Counted from the stretch's first letter, positions 17,415 through 26,902 are shown. The stretch is 64,000 nucleotides of DNA from an uncultured Gammaproteobacteria bacterium (GCA_964408485.1 CAYOZJ010000003.1:65290-129289), one strand, 5' to 3'. Numbers and translations: made by a program. Notes: generated from the sequence alone by a model not told the origin.

Positions 17415-20231
17415 ATGTTTGCACCAGTACAACAAGTCAGTAATTTCTCCGAAATCGAGGAGCGACTCATTGCGTATTGGAAGAAAAACAAAACATTTGA
17501 AAAATCTATTTCCAGCAGAGATCCGCATAAAAAATGGACATTTTTAGATGGCCCTCCCTTTATTACGGGTCTTCCTCACTACGGTACGCTTCTTGCAAGT
17601 ATTCCTAAAGATCTCTTCCCTCGCTATTGGACAATGAAAGGATATCAGGTGCGACGTGTTTGGGGATGGGATGTGCACGGTCTTCCTGCGGAAAATAAAG
17701 TAGAAAATAAATTAGGACTTAAGCGCAAAAAAGATATAGAGGAAAAAGTAGGAGTTAAGCAATTTATTGAGGAGTGTAAAAAATATGTGTCAGAGTCGTC
17801 CAAAGAATGGGAGTGGTATGTAGATCATATTGCGCGTTGGGTTGATTTTGAGCACGCTTACAAAACTATGGATATGACCTACATGGAGACTGTTATGTGG
17901 GTCTTTAAGCAAATGTATGATAAAGGACATATTTATAAAGGTCTTCGGGTAAGCCTGTATTGTCCACATTGCTCAACACCAATCTCCAATTTTGAAGTTG
18001 CAATGGATCCAGATAATTATCAGGATTTTACAGAGGAAGCAACAACCTATAAATATCAATTGGTGGATCAACCAGAAACATACATCTTAGCATGGTCCAC
18101 AACGCCATGGAATAAAATTGCCACGCCAGTGTTGGCGGTTAATCCAAGTTTGGAATACGTAAAAGTAAAGCAAGGAAAAGAAAATTATATTTTAGCTAAC
18201 ACAACATTAAAAATGCTCACAAATGAGCCGTACGAAGTTTTGGAAAAGATGAAAGGAAAGGATTTGGTTGGAAAGAAATTTGTCCCGCATTATGACTATT
18301 ACAAAGAAAATGTGGAAAGTGGACAAAAGGTTTTTGAAATTATTCCAGGAGATTTTGTTACAGCAGATGAAGGTACAGGCGTTGTTACGATTGGCGCGTA
18401 TGGAGAAGAAGATTTAAAAGTAATGAAAGAACAAAATACGTATATAGAGCTTCATTTGGATGATGAAGGAATTGTTAAAAAACATATTCCACTTTTTGGA
18501 GGCCAGTATTATTTAAAGGCAAATAAATTAGTAAATGAAGATTTGGACAAAAGGGGACTTATCTATAAAAACGATCCAATTACTCACAGACTTCCAACCT
18601 GTTGGCGATGCCACACGCGGCTCTACTATGCGCCACAAGATGCATGGTTTGTGAATGTGCAAGCACTTAAGCCTGCAATGAAGAAAACAAATGAATCTAT
18701 TAATTGGTTTCCAAAGCATTTTAAGTACGGTAGATTTCTTAAGTCTATGGAACACGCGCCGGATTGGAATATCTCACGGTCCAGATACTGGGGAAGTCCT
18801 GTTCCTGTTTGGGAATGTGAATGCGGAGAGCGATTCGTCCCTGGGAGTATTGCAGAATTGGAAAAAGCATCAGAACAAAAAATTACAGAACTCCATAAGC
18901 CAGAAATAGACGAAGTTACTATAACCTGCGCAAAGTGTAGTAAACGGGCGCATAGAGTCCCTGAGGTATTAGATAGCTGGATTGAGGCTGGTAGTGCATC
19001 TTTTGCTGAAAGACATTTCCCTTTTAACCAAACAGAAAAATTAGAAGAATTTTTCCCGCCTGATTTTATTGTTGAGTATACTGGGCAAATTCGGGCATGG
19101 TTTTATGTACTCCATGTTATTGGCGCAGCGTTATACGACAGCCCATCATTTAAAAATGTTGTGACAACAGGAGTAATTCTTGGGACAGATGGGAGAAAGA
19201 TGAGTAAAAACTATGGTAATTACCCAGATCCTAAAGAAATGCTTACAAAATACGGCGGAGATGCCCTGCGACTGTATCTTATGGGAAGTCCAATTATGCA
19301 TGGAGAGGATATTCTTATTTCAGAGCTTGCGTACAGAAATCAGGTAAGAGGATTTCTTCTTATTTTATGGAATTCCTACAATTATTTTATTACGTATGCG
19401 AATGAGTACGGATGGACTGCAAAGAGCAAAGAGCTTAGAGCAAAGAGTTCGAACGTTTTGGATCGATGGATTATCTCACGTTTAAATACTTTGAATAGAG
19501 TAGTTTCTGCTGCTATCGAAAGATACGATACTGTTGCAGGAATTGAAGCAGCGCAGGGTTTTGTTACCGAACTTTCAACATGGTACATACGACGAAGTCG
19601 CGATAGGGTATCTTTTTTGTCCGAGGATAAAGAAGATAAAGAAGCATTTTTTGAAACAACTCATCATGTGCTAGCCATACTTTCTCAAATATTAGCTCCT
19701 CTTGTCCCCTTTATAACAGAAGAAATATATAGAAATCTTACCAATGAAGAGTCGGTACATTTGACGTATTGGCCTGATGTTGAAGAAAAGCTCATTGATG
19801 AAAAATTAGAAGAGGAAATGGTAATTGCTCGAAAAATTGTAGAAATAACGCATGGACAAAGAAAAGAGGCAAATATCAAGCTTCGTCAGCCTTTGGGAAG
19901 TATAACAGTCACTGTCCCAACTGGTTTATCAAAGGAAGTTGCAGATGTTATTGCAGCTGAAGTAAACGTAAAGACGGTTACTGTGGATCCAGGAGAACAA
20001 TTAAGCGTTGTCTTAAATACAGATCTTACTTCTGAGCTTAAAGCAGAGGGAGAGGCAAGGGATATTGCCAGGTCAATTCAGGAAGAGCGAAAAAAACTTG
20101 GCACATCACTTACCGAAAAAGTTGTTGTTACCCTTCCTTCTTGGCCAAAGGAATATGAGGAATACATTTTAAAAAAAGCGGTTGTGGCAAAATTGACAAA
20201 AGGCGAGAAATTTAGTGTACAAAAAGCATAA
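17415..20231 (+). CDS. ileS: isoleucyl-tRNA synthetase (type 2-like)
   Basis: N-terminal FSEIEERLIAYWKK...FLDGPPFITGLPHYGT (the HIGH-region variant), KMSKN (KMSKS), WRCHTRLYY and WECECGERF zinc knuckles, DWNISRSRYWGSPVP. The ORF begins at 17376; 17415 is preferred as the start. Confidence 0.85.
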   Translation: MFAPVQQVSNFSEIEERLIAYWKKNKTFEKSISSRDPHKKWTFLDGPPFITGLPHYGTLLASIPKDLFPRYWTMKGYQVRRVWGWDVHGLPAENKVENKLGLKRKKDIEEKVGVKQFIEECKKYVSESSKEWEWYVDHIARWVDFEHAYKTMDMTYMETVMWVFKQMYDKGHIYKGLRVSLYCPHCSTPISNFEVAMDPDNYQDFTEEATTYKYQLVDQPETYILAWSTTPWNKIATPVLAVNPSLEYVKVKQGKENYILANTTLKMLTNEPYEVLEKMKGKDLVGKKFVPHYDYYKENVESGQKVFEIIPGDFVTADEGTGVVTIGAYGEEDLKVMKEQNTYIELHLDDEGIVKKHIPLFGGQYYLKANKLVNEDLDKRGLIYKNDPITHRLPTCWRCHTRLYYAPQDAWFVNVQALKPAMKKTNESINWFPKHFKYGRFLKSMEHAPDWNISRSRYWGSPVPVWECECGERFVPGSIAELEKASEQKITELHKPEIDEVTITCAKCSKRAHRVPEVLDSWIEAGSASFAERHFPFNQTEKLEEFFPPDFIVEYTGQIRAWFYVLHVIGAALYDSPSFKNVVTTGVILGTDGRKMSKNYGNYPDPKEMLTKYGGDALRLYLMGSPIMHGEDILISELAYRNQVRGFLLILWNSYNYFITYANEYGWTAKSKELRAKSSNVLDRWIISRLNTLNRVVSAAIERYDTVAGIEAAQGFVTELSTWYIRRSRDRVSFLSEDKEDKEAFFETTHHVLAILSQILAPLVPFITEEIYRNLTNEESVHLTYWPDVEEKLIDEKLEEEMVIARKIVEITHGQRKEANIKLRQPLGSITVTVPTGLSKEVADVIAAEVNVKTVTVDPGEQLSVVLNTDLTSELKAEGEARDIARSIQEERKKLGTSLTEKVVVTLPSWPKEYEEYILKKAVVAKLTKGEKFSVQKA

Positions 20232-21307
20232 TGGGTGGATTTTTACGACGCATTGACCTTCAGTTAGTTATTCCTGTCGTTGTTTTGATACTCCTCAGTC
20301 TAACAACTCTTTTTTCCGTGAACCTCTCCTATTTTCGTAACCAGCTCCTCTTCTTTCTGTTATCGTTTGGTGTTTTTATTTTCTTTACTAATGTTGATTT
20401 CTCTTTTCTTAAAGAGTTGCAAAAGCCCATTTATATTATTTCCTTTTTAGGACTTTTATTTCTCCTTTTCTTGGGTTACGAGGCTCGGGGTGCTGCTCGG
20501 TGGTTGGATTTTTTTGGCCTCAGGCTTCAATTTTCTGAAGTCTTTAAGCCATTTCTGGCAATTGCATTAAGTGGATTTTTGGCAACACACAAAAAAAACA
20601 TGAGTAGTTTGGGAGTACTTCTTCTTTTCCTTCTTCCCATTGTTTTTCTTATTTATAAGCAGCCTGATTTGGGAAGTGCGCTTATGTATGCCTTTACAGC
20701 GTTTCTGACTCTTATGATTGTTGGTTTTCCTTTATGGTGGTTTGGCGCATTAGCAGCCGCTTCTGTTGCGCTTATTCCTCTTATTTTTCGCTTTCTTCAT
20801 GGATATCAACAGCAACGAATACTCACTTTTCTCCATCTTACCAATGATCCACTGGGTAGCTCATACAATAGTATTCAGGCAATTATTGCTGTAGGGTCGG
20901 GTATGCTTTTGGGAAAGGGACTTGGACAGGGGACACAGTCCAGCCTTCGCTTCCTGCCTGAGCAACATACAGATTTTATTTTTGCAACGCTTGCAGAGAG
21001 CTTAGGGTTTGTGGGTGCAGCTTTGGTAATCGTGGCTTTCGGATTCTTACTTTACCGGTTATACAAGATCGCTAAGCATACTGGGGACAAAACAGAGAAA
21101 ATCTTTGTGATTACTACATTTAGCCTGCTTTTCTTGCAATTTTTTATTAATGTAGGCATGAATATTGGTCTCTTGCCAATTGTTGGTGTCCCACTTCCTT
21201 TTGTTTCGTATGGAGGCAGCTCGCTTTTATCGAACGCTATTTTTCTGGGAATTGCCTCAAATATCGGCACCAACCGCCGTAATAACCTGACCCTGGAAAT
21301 AGGCTGA
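20231..21307 (+). CDS. SEDS-family peptidoglycan glycosyltransferase (RodA/FtsW)
   Basis: Polytopic protein; motif QHTDFIFATLAESLGFVGA is typical of SEDS proteins. Confidence 0.8.
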   Translation: MGGFLRRIDLQLVIPVVVLILLSLTTLFSVNLSYFRNQLLFFLLSFGVFIFFTNVDFSFLKELQKPIYIISFLGLLFLLFLGYEARGAARWLDFFGLRLQFSEVFKPFLAIALSGFLATHKKNMSSLGVLLLFLLPIVFLIYKQPDLGSALMYAFTAFLTLMIVGFPLWWFGALAAASVALIPLIFRFLHGYQQQRILTFLHLTNDPLGSSYNSIQAIIAVGSGMLLGKGLGQGTQSSLRFLPEQHTDFIFATLAESLGFVGAALVIVAFGFLLYRLYKIAKHTGDKTEKIFVITTFSLLFLQFFINVGMNIGLLPIVGVPLPFVSYGGSSLLSNAIFLGIASNIGTNRRNNLTLEIG

Positions 21308-21313
21308 AAGCTT

Positions 21314-21322
21314 TGCTATAAT
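21314..21322 (+). promoter_or_regulatory. extended -10 (TGcTATAAT) 7 nt upstream of the rplU ATG (leaderless layout)
   Basis: tttgctataataagacacATG. Confidence 0.4.
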
Positions 21323-21329
21323 AAGACAC

Positions 21330-21653
21330 ATGAAATACGCAGTCGTCTTAAGTGGAGGCAAGCAATATAAAGTTTCTGAAGGGGATACCCTCGCTGTCGA
21401 AAAATTGAGCGCAAAACCCAATGATTCCTACACATTTGAACAGGTTTTGCTTGTTGTGGATGGAGATAAAAAGCAAGTCGGTACACCAAACGTTGCAGGC
21501 GTTAGTGTTGTTGCAACTGTTATTGCAGACAAAAAAACACCAAAGGTGCGGGTTGCTAAATTTAAAGCAAAGGCAAAGTATAGACGTGTCACAGGACACA
21601 GACAAATTATGACTCATGTGAAGATAGAAAAAATTTCGTCCAAAGGACGATAG
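21330..21653 (+). CDS. rplU: 50S ribosomal protein L21
   Basis: MKYAVVLSGGKQYKVSEGDTL is the canonical L21 N-terminus. Confidence 0.9.
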   Translation: MKYAVVLSGGKQYKVSEGDTLAVEKLSAKPNDSYTFEQVLLVVDGDKKQVGTPNVAGVSVVATVIADKKTPKVRVAKFKAKAKYRRVTGHRQIMTHVKIEKISSKGR

Positions 21654-21729
21654 GCCTTTGGCCTAGGTGAAAGTAAAACTTGACAGGCTGTGAAAAATCC
21701 TGTAAAACTAAAATAGTTTTCACAAACAT

Positions 21730-21975
21730 ATGGCACATACAAAAGCAGGTGGATCAACAAATAATAATAGAGACTCAGTTGCAAAGCGCTTAGGCGTAAA
21801 GATTTATGGTGGACAACAGACAAAAGTTGGCAGTATTATTGTCCGCCAAAAAGGTACTAAATTTCACCCAGGGAAAAATGTAAAACTTGGAAAAGACTAC
21901 ACTATTTACGCAATGACAGAAGGAAAAGTGGCATTTCGAGCAGCAAAAGGTAAAGCAGTTGTTGATGTAGTATAA
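21730..21975 (+). CDS. rpmA: 50S ribosomal protein L27
   Basis: [24 protein letters not shown] is the canonical L27 N-terminus. Confidence 0.9.
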   Translation: MAHTKAGGSTNNNRDSVAKRLGVKIYGGQQTKVGSIIVRQKGTKFHPGKNVKLGKDYTIYAMTEGKVAFRAAKGKAVVDVV

Positions 21976-22808
21976 TGGACGAAGAAAGAATTTACGAATT
22001 AGAAGCAAGTGTTATTCAGTTTAACCCCCTTCAGCCACGAGGCGCTATTTCACCAGATTCTCTTAATGAGTTAGTTGATTCCATTCGTGAGCAAGGAATT
22101 CTTGAGCCCTTAGTTGTTGCTAAGACACCAGCTGGATATCAATTGATTGCAGGAGAGCGTCGTCTTCGAGCAGCGAAGGTATTGGGTCTTGAGAAAGTAC
22201 CTGTTGTTGTTAAGGTTACTACTCCTCAAGGCATACTCGAAATGTCTATTGTTGAAAACGTACAGCGTGAAGACCTTAATCCAATAGAAAAAGCTTTAGC
22301 ATACAAGAGGCTTATCGATGAATTTGGTCTTGGGACAAATGAAGTAGCGCGTCGTGTTGGTAAATCTGCGCCTGCAGTCAGCAATACAATTCGCCTTCTC
22401 TCATTGCCCGATGCAATTAAAGATGCGCTTGTTGCAGGAGTAATTACCGAAGGACACGTACGACCACTTATTTCTCTTGGAGATCCAACCCTTATGCTGG
22501 ATTTATTTAAGAAAATCCTCAGGGAAAATAGTACAGTGCGCCAAACAGAAGAAATGGCACGAAAAATTAAGGCAACAGTTGAGAAAAAAGATCCACATTC
22601 GGTAAAGACAAAAATCTATATTCCTGAGCTTTTAGAAATGGCAGAGCAACTTAAGAAGACATTAGAATTGGACGCTGTTGACCTCTTTCAGACTCAGAAA
22701 AAGGCTAGATTTGTTATAGAAATGAAAGGGACACCTGAGCTGACAACACCAAAAATAAAAGATTTAGTTGCAAAGTTAGGTGGAGAAGTTAAAGAAACTT
22801 CAGTATAA
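21975..22808 (+). CDS. parB: ParB/Spo0J-like partition protein
   Basis: ParB box LIAGERRLRAAK and an HTH region (NEVARRVGKSAPAVSNTIRLL); TAATG overlap with rpmA. Confidence 0.8.
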   Translation: MDEERIYELEASVIQFNPLQPRGAISPDSLNELVDSIREQGILEPLVVAKTPAGYQLIAGERRLRAAKVLGLEKVPVVVKVTTPQGILEMSIVENVQREDLNPIEKALAYKRLIDEFGLGTNEVARRVGKSAPAVSNTIRLLSLPDAIKDALVAGVITEGHVRPLISLGDPTLMLDLFKKILRENSTVRQTEEMARKIKATVEKKDPHSVKTKIYIPELLEMAEQLKKTLELDAVDLFQTQKKARFVIEMKGTPELTTPKIKDLVAKLGGEVKETSV

Positions 22809-23390
22809 CTATTTGTTTGCTGCCACAGGATTATTTACTCCTCGGATTTCATTAAGCGGCCAGTAGACAAGCATGGACTTGCCAATAATATTTGCTGTAG
22901 GGACAAATCCCCATTCACGCGAATCAGAGCTATATGGTCTATTGTCTCCCATAACAAAATATTCATTGTCTGGGACGGTTACTGTTTCACTGTCTTTTAA
23001 GAATGTGCCGCCATATGTCTTCACAGACTCGTCTAAATAACTGCTTTCATCGTATAAATTTCCATTTACATAGACGCTGCCATTATTTACCATAATCGTA
23101 TCGCCTGGTAGTCCTACAACGCGCTTAATAAAGTCTTTGTCAGGTTCTGGCGGTGCCTTAAAAACAATAACATCACCTTTTGCAACTGGGCCAAAGCGAA
23201 GGGTAATAAGATTGGTTAGGACGTATTCTTTATCATGAAAATTAGGAAACATGGATTGTCCACTTACTTCAAATGGTCTAAAAAGGAAGATATAAATAAC
23301 CAAAAAAACAGCAGCTGCAATAAGAATGCTTTGGAGTGTGTCAACAAGAAAAAACCACAGTTTTTTGAGCAAAAACATAGACTTATCCAT
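22809..23390 (-). CDS. lepB: signal peptidase I
   Basis: N-terminal TM helix, catalytic SGQSM box, GDNRPYSSDSREWGFV box E. Confidence 0.85.
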   Translation of the reverse strand: MDKSMFLLKKLWFFLVDTLQSILIAAAVFLVIYIFLFRPFEVSGQSMFPNFHDKEYVLTNLITLRFGPVAKGDVIVFKAPPEPDKDFIKRVVGLPGDTIMVNNGSVYVNGNLYDESSYLDESVKTYGGTFLKDSETVTVPDNEYFVMGDNRPYSSDSREWGFVPTANIIGKSMLVYWPLNEIRGVNNPVAANK

Positions 23391-23410
23391 TGTCGCAACT
23401 CATATTAGCT

Positions 23411-23439
23411 TTGTCAACGATGGTTATTTCTGGTAAAAT
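23411..23439 (+). promoter_or_regulatory. sigma70-like promoter for tRNA-Val: TTGTCA, 17-nt spacer, TAAAAT
   Basis: TTGTCAacgatggttatttctggTAAAAT ends 10 nt before the tRNA 5' end; its -35 box overlaps a face-to-face TTGACA on the minus strand. Confidence 0.5.
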
Positions 23440-23449
23440 CGAAGCTATT

Positions 23450-23523
23450 GGATCTGTAGTTCAGTTGGTTAGAACGTTCGATTCACATTCGAAAGGTCAG
23501 AGGTTCGAGTCCTCTCAGGTCCA
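23450..23523 (+). tRNA. tRNA-Val (anticodon CAC); CCA not encoded
   Basis: Hand-folded: acceptor GGATCTG/CAGGTCC, D-arm GTTC-AGTTGGTTA-GAAC, anticodon arm TTCGA-TTCACAT-TCGAA, T-arm AGAGG-TTCGAGT-CCTCT. Confidence 0.8.
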
Positions 23524-23529
23524 CTGAAA

Positions 23530-23563
23530 AAGTTTTTTGCCCTTGGGCAAGAAACTTTTTATT
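23530..23563 (+). terminator. rho-independent terminator-like hairpin after tRNA-Val
   Basis: agttttttgccc ttg ggcaagaaact forms a 12-bp stem with one mismatch, followed by TTTTTATT. Confidence 0.5.
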
Positions 23564-23645
23564 AGCACTTAGGACTCGAATGGCGGACTGAAGCGAAGCG
23601 TAAGGAGCCGGGGTCGCGAGGGTCGCCGCTGCGACAACTTGTGAC

Positions 23646-23665
23646 CGAGTCCTCTCAGGTCCACT
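23646..23665 (+). repeat. 20-bp perfect direct repeat of the tRNA-Val 3' end (CGAGTCCTCTCAGGTCCACT); att-like
   Basis: Identical to 23506-23525 within the tRNA; the copies are separated by the terminator hairpin and a GC-rich structured segment (23566-23640) containing a gaagcgaagcg motif. Confidence 0.65.
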
Positions 23666-23733
23666 TGTCTCAGGCTTTCCGCCGTAGTTTTAGCAAAGGA
23701 GGATTCGAGGCCTGATTGGTCCACAGAAAGCTA

Positions 23734-24231
23734 TTATGTTTTGGGATTAGGTTTCTTACCCCGTTTCCCTGGCAAGTCATAGTCCCTTCGTAGCCTATAC
23801 CTTGTTGTCGGAGGCATAGGCGTGGTGTTGACGAAGGCTGCTCTTTCATCCTGAGGAAGTGCGTCTAGTGCATTGTGCAATCTTTGGATTTCTCCTCTTT
23901 TGGGTAGTCCAGGCGGTTTGGGAGTAAATCCATATTCCCTAAGTAACCTTGTTCTTAGGGTGGAAGGAGCATGCGCACTATAAATATATGCCTCTTTTTC
24001 ATCTTGAGGAAGTGCATCTAGCGTTTCTCGCAATTCTTGGGTTTTCCCCCTTCTCGGGCTACCCCTTCTTGGCCTAACATCAATCTCATATTGTCTACTT
24101 AACCTTCTTCTGGTCTCATGATGCAATGGAAGTGTAGCAAGTATTTGTCTTCTTTCATCCTCTGATTTTCCAACAAGAAGTGCCTCAGCCTCGCTTTTAG
24201 ACATATATGGAGATTCAAGATTATCTGTCAT
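23734..24231 (-). CDS. hypothetical basic protein with two internal ~45-aa repeats
   Basis: Repeats ELRETLDALPQDEKEAY...LRTRLLREYGF and RLHNALDALPQDERAAF...RYRLRRDYDL; TATAAT 7 nt upstream of the ATG. Confidence 0.4.
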   Translation of the reverse strand: MTDNLESPYMSKSEAEALLVGKSEDERRQILATLPLHHETRRRLSRQYEIDVRPRRGSPRRGKTQELRETLDALPQDEKEAYIYSAHAPSTLRTRLLREYGFTPKPPGLPKRGEIQRLHNALDALPQDERAAFVNTTPMPPTTRYRLRRDYDLPGKRGKKPNPKT

Positions 24232-24303
24232 TTTGGGAATTATACTTCACCCATAATGTTGTTGCAACAAACGTTAAAGATAATTTACGATTGAATCCAA
24301 ATA

Positions 24304-24375
24304 TCCATAAGAGTTCAGTTGGTAGAGGCTTCATTCACATTGAAGAGGTCTCAGGTTCGAGTTCTGATGGGACCA
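24304..24375 (+). tRNA. tRNA-like sequence, Val-like (CAC anticodon loop); the 5' acceptor strand cannot be paired, so this may be a pseudo or partial tRNA
   Basis: D-loop GTTCAGTTGGTAGAGG, anticodon arm CTTCA-TTCACAT-TGAAG, T-arm TCAGG-TTCGAGT-TCTGA, 3' acceptor TGGGACC-A. The stems differ from the tRNA at 23450 by compensatory changes, but there is no complementary 5' strand. Confidence 0.3.
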
Positions 24376-24377
24376 CA

Positions 24378-26114
24378 CTAATGAGTAAGAAGGTATGTAA
24401 TATCACTAACAAGTGTTTGGTAGACTGTATCAGAAATTGTGTGATTACCATTCCAAATAATAAGCTTTATTAGTAGTTCTGCAAGTTCTATTTTCTCTTG
24501 AACAATGTGGTGTTTGTCATATTGATTTTTTGCATCATTAATTTGATCAAGCAGTTCATGACAAGTATTCTTCTTGATTTGATTTTGTTGGCAAAAAGTA
24601 TTTATGTCAGTATACATATTGTCAAAAACACTCTGTTTCTTAATTGAATCTTGTTTGTCATTGGTTTTGGTGTAGTTGATGGTGAAGTTGTCGGGATTAT
24701 TCTGATTGCCAGAACCTGCAAGATCAAAAACCTGGACATTTCCTGACGTGTCATAAACGTATGCCTGCGCATCGTACGGGGTGTTAGAAGCATTAGTAAT
24801 TGTTAGATTGTAGATATCGTTTCCAGGTTGAGTTAGATAAAAAAGCTTTATTGGTAAACCGCTTAAAAGTGACGGATTTGTTGGGTTACTTAGGGGTTGT
24901 TGTACGAATTCTTCACCAACTGCGCTTCCTGAGGAATTTTTCATACTAAAGTCTAATCCCAAAGGTCCAACAAGTAAAATATAAGAAAGATCTGTGTGAG
25001 AAGGAATAAAACGTCCTAAAGTTAAAAAGGTATTATTGTATCCATCATTGAGAGTATTCCTGGAGAAATATGGGTCATTAATTGTAAAGGTTGTTCCACT
25101 TGTGCCTGTTGCAACAACAAAATGCCCAGGTTGCTCGAGAATATCTGGATGATTATTCTGTAAGTCACTGAGCAAGGTAACTTTATCTGCATTTTTTACC
25201 CTTTTATATTCCAACGCATCAGCAGTAAATCCTGGGTTATTAAAAGCAAGTTTGACAAGTTGGGTAAAACGTTGGAGTGCAAGCCAGTTAACAAGTCCAT
25301 TGCCAACATATCCGTCTTTTTGTGACTTAAGCCATGTATTAAGTGTTCCGGGATTAAGAGGGCTATTGTCTGGCATCTTGGTAATGCCGTTATATTGTAA
25401 AACCATTGCAGCAGATGTAACAGCACATCCCCAGATATTAATACTTGAATTACCTGGAGACCACTTATTTGCGCTGTCATATAATTGTGATTGCCAGGGG
25501 TTAGATGTCTGCTTAAGAGAGGGAACAGAGAGATGAATGTCAGAGATTGGAAGCGTATCAATAACCAGCATATTAGTAATTATTGTTCCGGATTTTGCCT
25601 CAAAACCAAAATATCCTCCTGTATGACCTGAATAAACTTTAGTACCGATCAATGAAGAATCTAGATAGAATGAATATGTGTCAGTGTTTTTGCAAATCTT
25701 GTAATTATGAAAACTTCCCATGCCTGGAGTATTAACTCCGAGATCAATGTCGGTAGAATTTGATGCATATGCATGCAGATGTCCATCACTTACACCTAGA
25801 GTTCCTGATGCTGCAAAACCAACCCATGATGTATAGTTTCCATCTGCGAAAAATATACCATCCCTAATATTATGTATATCTATATTTGCCGAAATACACT
25901 TCATGGTTGGGAGAGTCGTAGTGTAGAAAGCGTCAGTTCCTGTACATGTTAAACCAGATGCGCTGGGTGAACATGTACCAAATGTTTCGCTGAAACCTGA
26001 ATAGTTTAATGTAAAATCATTGGAGTATAGGGTTGCAGCTAGTGACGTTGAAGGAAAAGTAAGAAACAGAACGAATAGTAAAAGTATCTTTGGTAGCAGA
26101 TAATTTTTTTTCAC
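24378..26114 (-). CDS. secreted protein with an N-terminal ConA/LamG-like lectin domain and a central papain-like (C39-like) cysteine peptidase domain
   Basis: Signal peptide MKKNYLLPKILLLFVLFLTFPSTSLA; Cys motif WGCAVTSAAMVL typical of the C39-like peptidase fold; beta-rich Asn/Thr-rich C-terminus. Domain calls are tentative. Confidence 0.45.
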   Translation of the reverse strand: MKKNYLLPKILLLFVLFLTFPSTSLAATLYSNDFTLNYSGFSETFGTCSPSASGLTCTGTDAFYTTTLPTMKCISANIDIHNIRDGIFFADGNYTSWVGFAASGTLGVSDGHLHAYASNSTDIDLGVNTPGMGSFHNYKICKNTDTYSFYLDSSLIGTKVYSGHTGGYFGFEAKSGTIITNMLVIDTLPISDIHLSVPSLKQTSNPWQSQLYDSANKWSPGNSSINIWGCAVTSAAMVLQYNGITKMPDNSPLNPGTLNTWLKSQKDGYVGNGLVNWLALQRFTQLVKLAFNNPGFTADALEYKRVKNADKVTLLSDLQNNHPDILEQPGHFVVATGTSGTTFTINDPYFSRNTLNDGYNNTFLTLGRFIPSHTDLSYILLVGPLGLDFSMKNSSGSAVGEEFVQQPLSNPTNPSLLSGLPIKLFYLTQPGNDIYNLTITNASNTPYDAQAYVYDTSGNVQVFDLAGSGNQNNPDNFTINYTKTNDKQDSIKKQSVFDNMYTDINTFCQQNQIKKNTCHELLDQINDAKNQYDKHHIVQEKIELAELLIKLIIWNGNHTISDTVYQTLVSDITYLLTH

Positions 26115-26902
26115 AATTAAACAACTTAGTTTATATTACCATCACTTTTGTGTTTAATGTCAAGTGGTATTCATTATTGTGTAGATACTATGGATACTGT
26201 ATTATTTCCTCTATGATTAAATACCAAGGTTTATCTACATTGGAAATTCTTGAAGTTGCAAAAAATTATAATAAGTGGATTGCGGAGCAGTGTCTACAAC
26301 ATATTAAATCACCGCTTTTAGAAGTTGGGTCTGGTACTGGAAATATTAGCAAATTCTTTTTGAGTAAGAAGGGAGTGACGCTAAGCGATATTGATGCAGG
26401 ACTTGTAAAAACGTTAAAAAAGAAGTTTTCTCAGAAATCTGTATCTATTCAAAAAATAGATATTTCAAAAAAATTAACAAAAAGAAATAAATATCAGACA
26501 ATAGTTGCCATTAATGTGTTAGAGCACATCCAAGATGACAAAAAAGCAATTAAAAATATGCATGCGCTTTTACAAAAAGGAGGAAAAATAATACTTCTCG
26601 TGCCAGCTAAAAAGTTTGCTTATACAGAATTTGATAGACTTCTTGGACATCATCGCAGATACGAAAAAGAAAAGTTAAAAAAGTTAACTGAAAAATCCGG
26701 ATTTATTACAGAAAAGATTTATTACTTTAACTTTGTTGGGCTGTGGAGTTGGATACTTCGTAGTAAGATGGAAAAATCACATAGTCTAAAACCATACCAA
26801 GTTGCTATATTCGATAAAATTGTTCCATATCTAAAAGTTATAGAAAAAGTAATACCGGTTCCGGTTGGTGTATCGCTTATTCTAGTTGGAGTTAAGAAGT
26901 AA
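26090..26902 (+). CDS. class I SAM-dependent methyltransferase (true start probably near 26212)
   Basis: Motif I LLEVGSGTGNIS, motif II IVAINVLEHI, motif post-II LLQKGGKIILLVP. Confidence 0.6.
   Translation: MVADNFFSQLNNLVYITITFVFNVKWYSLLCRYYGYCIISSMIKYQGLSTLEILEVAKNYNKWIAEQCLQHIKSPLLEVGSGTGNISKFFLSKKGVTLSDIDAGLVKTLKKKFSQKSVSIQKIDISKKLTKRNKYQTIVAINVLEHIQDDKKAIKNMHALLQKGGKIILLVPAKKFAYTEFDRLLGHHRRYEKEKLKKLTEKSGFITEKIYYFNFVGLWSWILRSKMEKSHSLKPYQVAIFDKIVPYLKVIEKVIPVPVGVSLILVGVKK

Noticed and set aside
24304-24375. Calling the second tRNA-like sequence a functional tRNA-Val
   Set aside because: No 7-nt 5' strand complementary to the TGGGACC acceptor 3' strand can be found upstream, and the D-stem pairs poorly. 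It is kept only as a tRNA-like or pseudo-tRNA feature pending a tRNAscan run.
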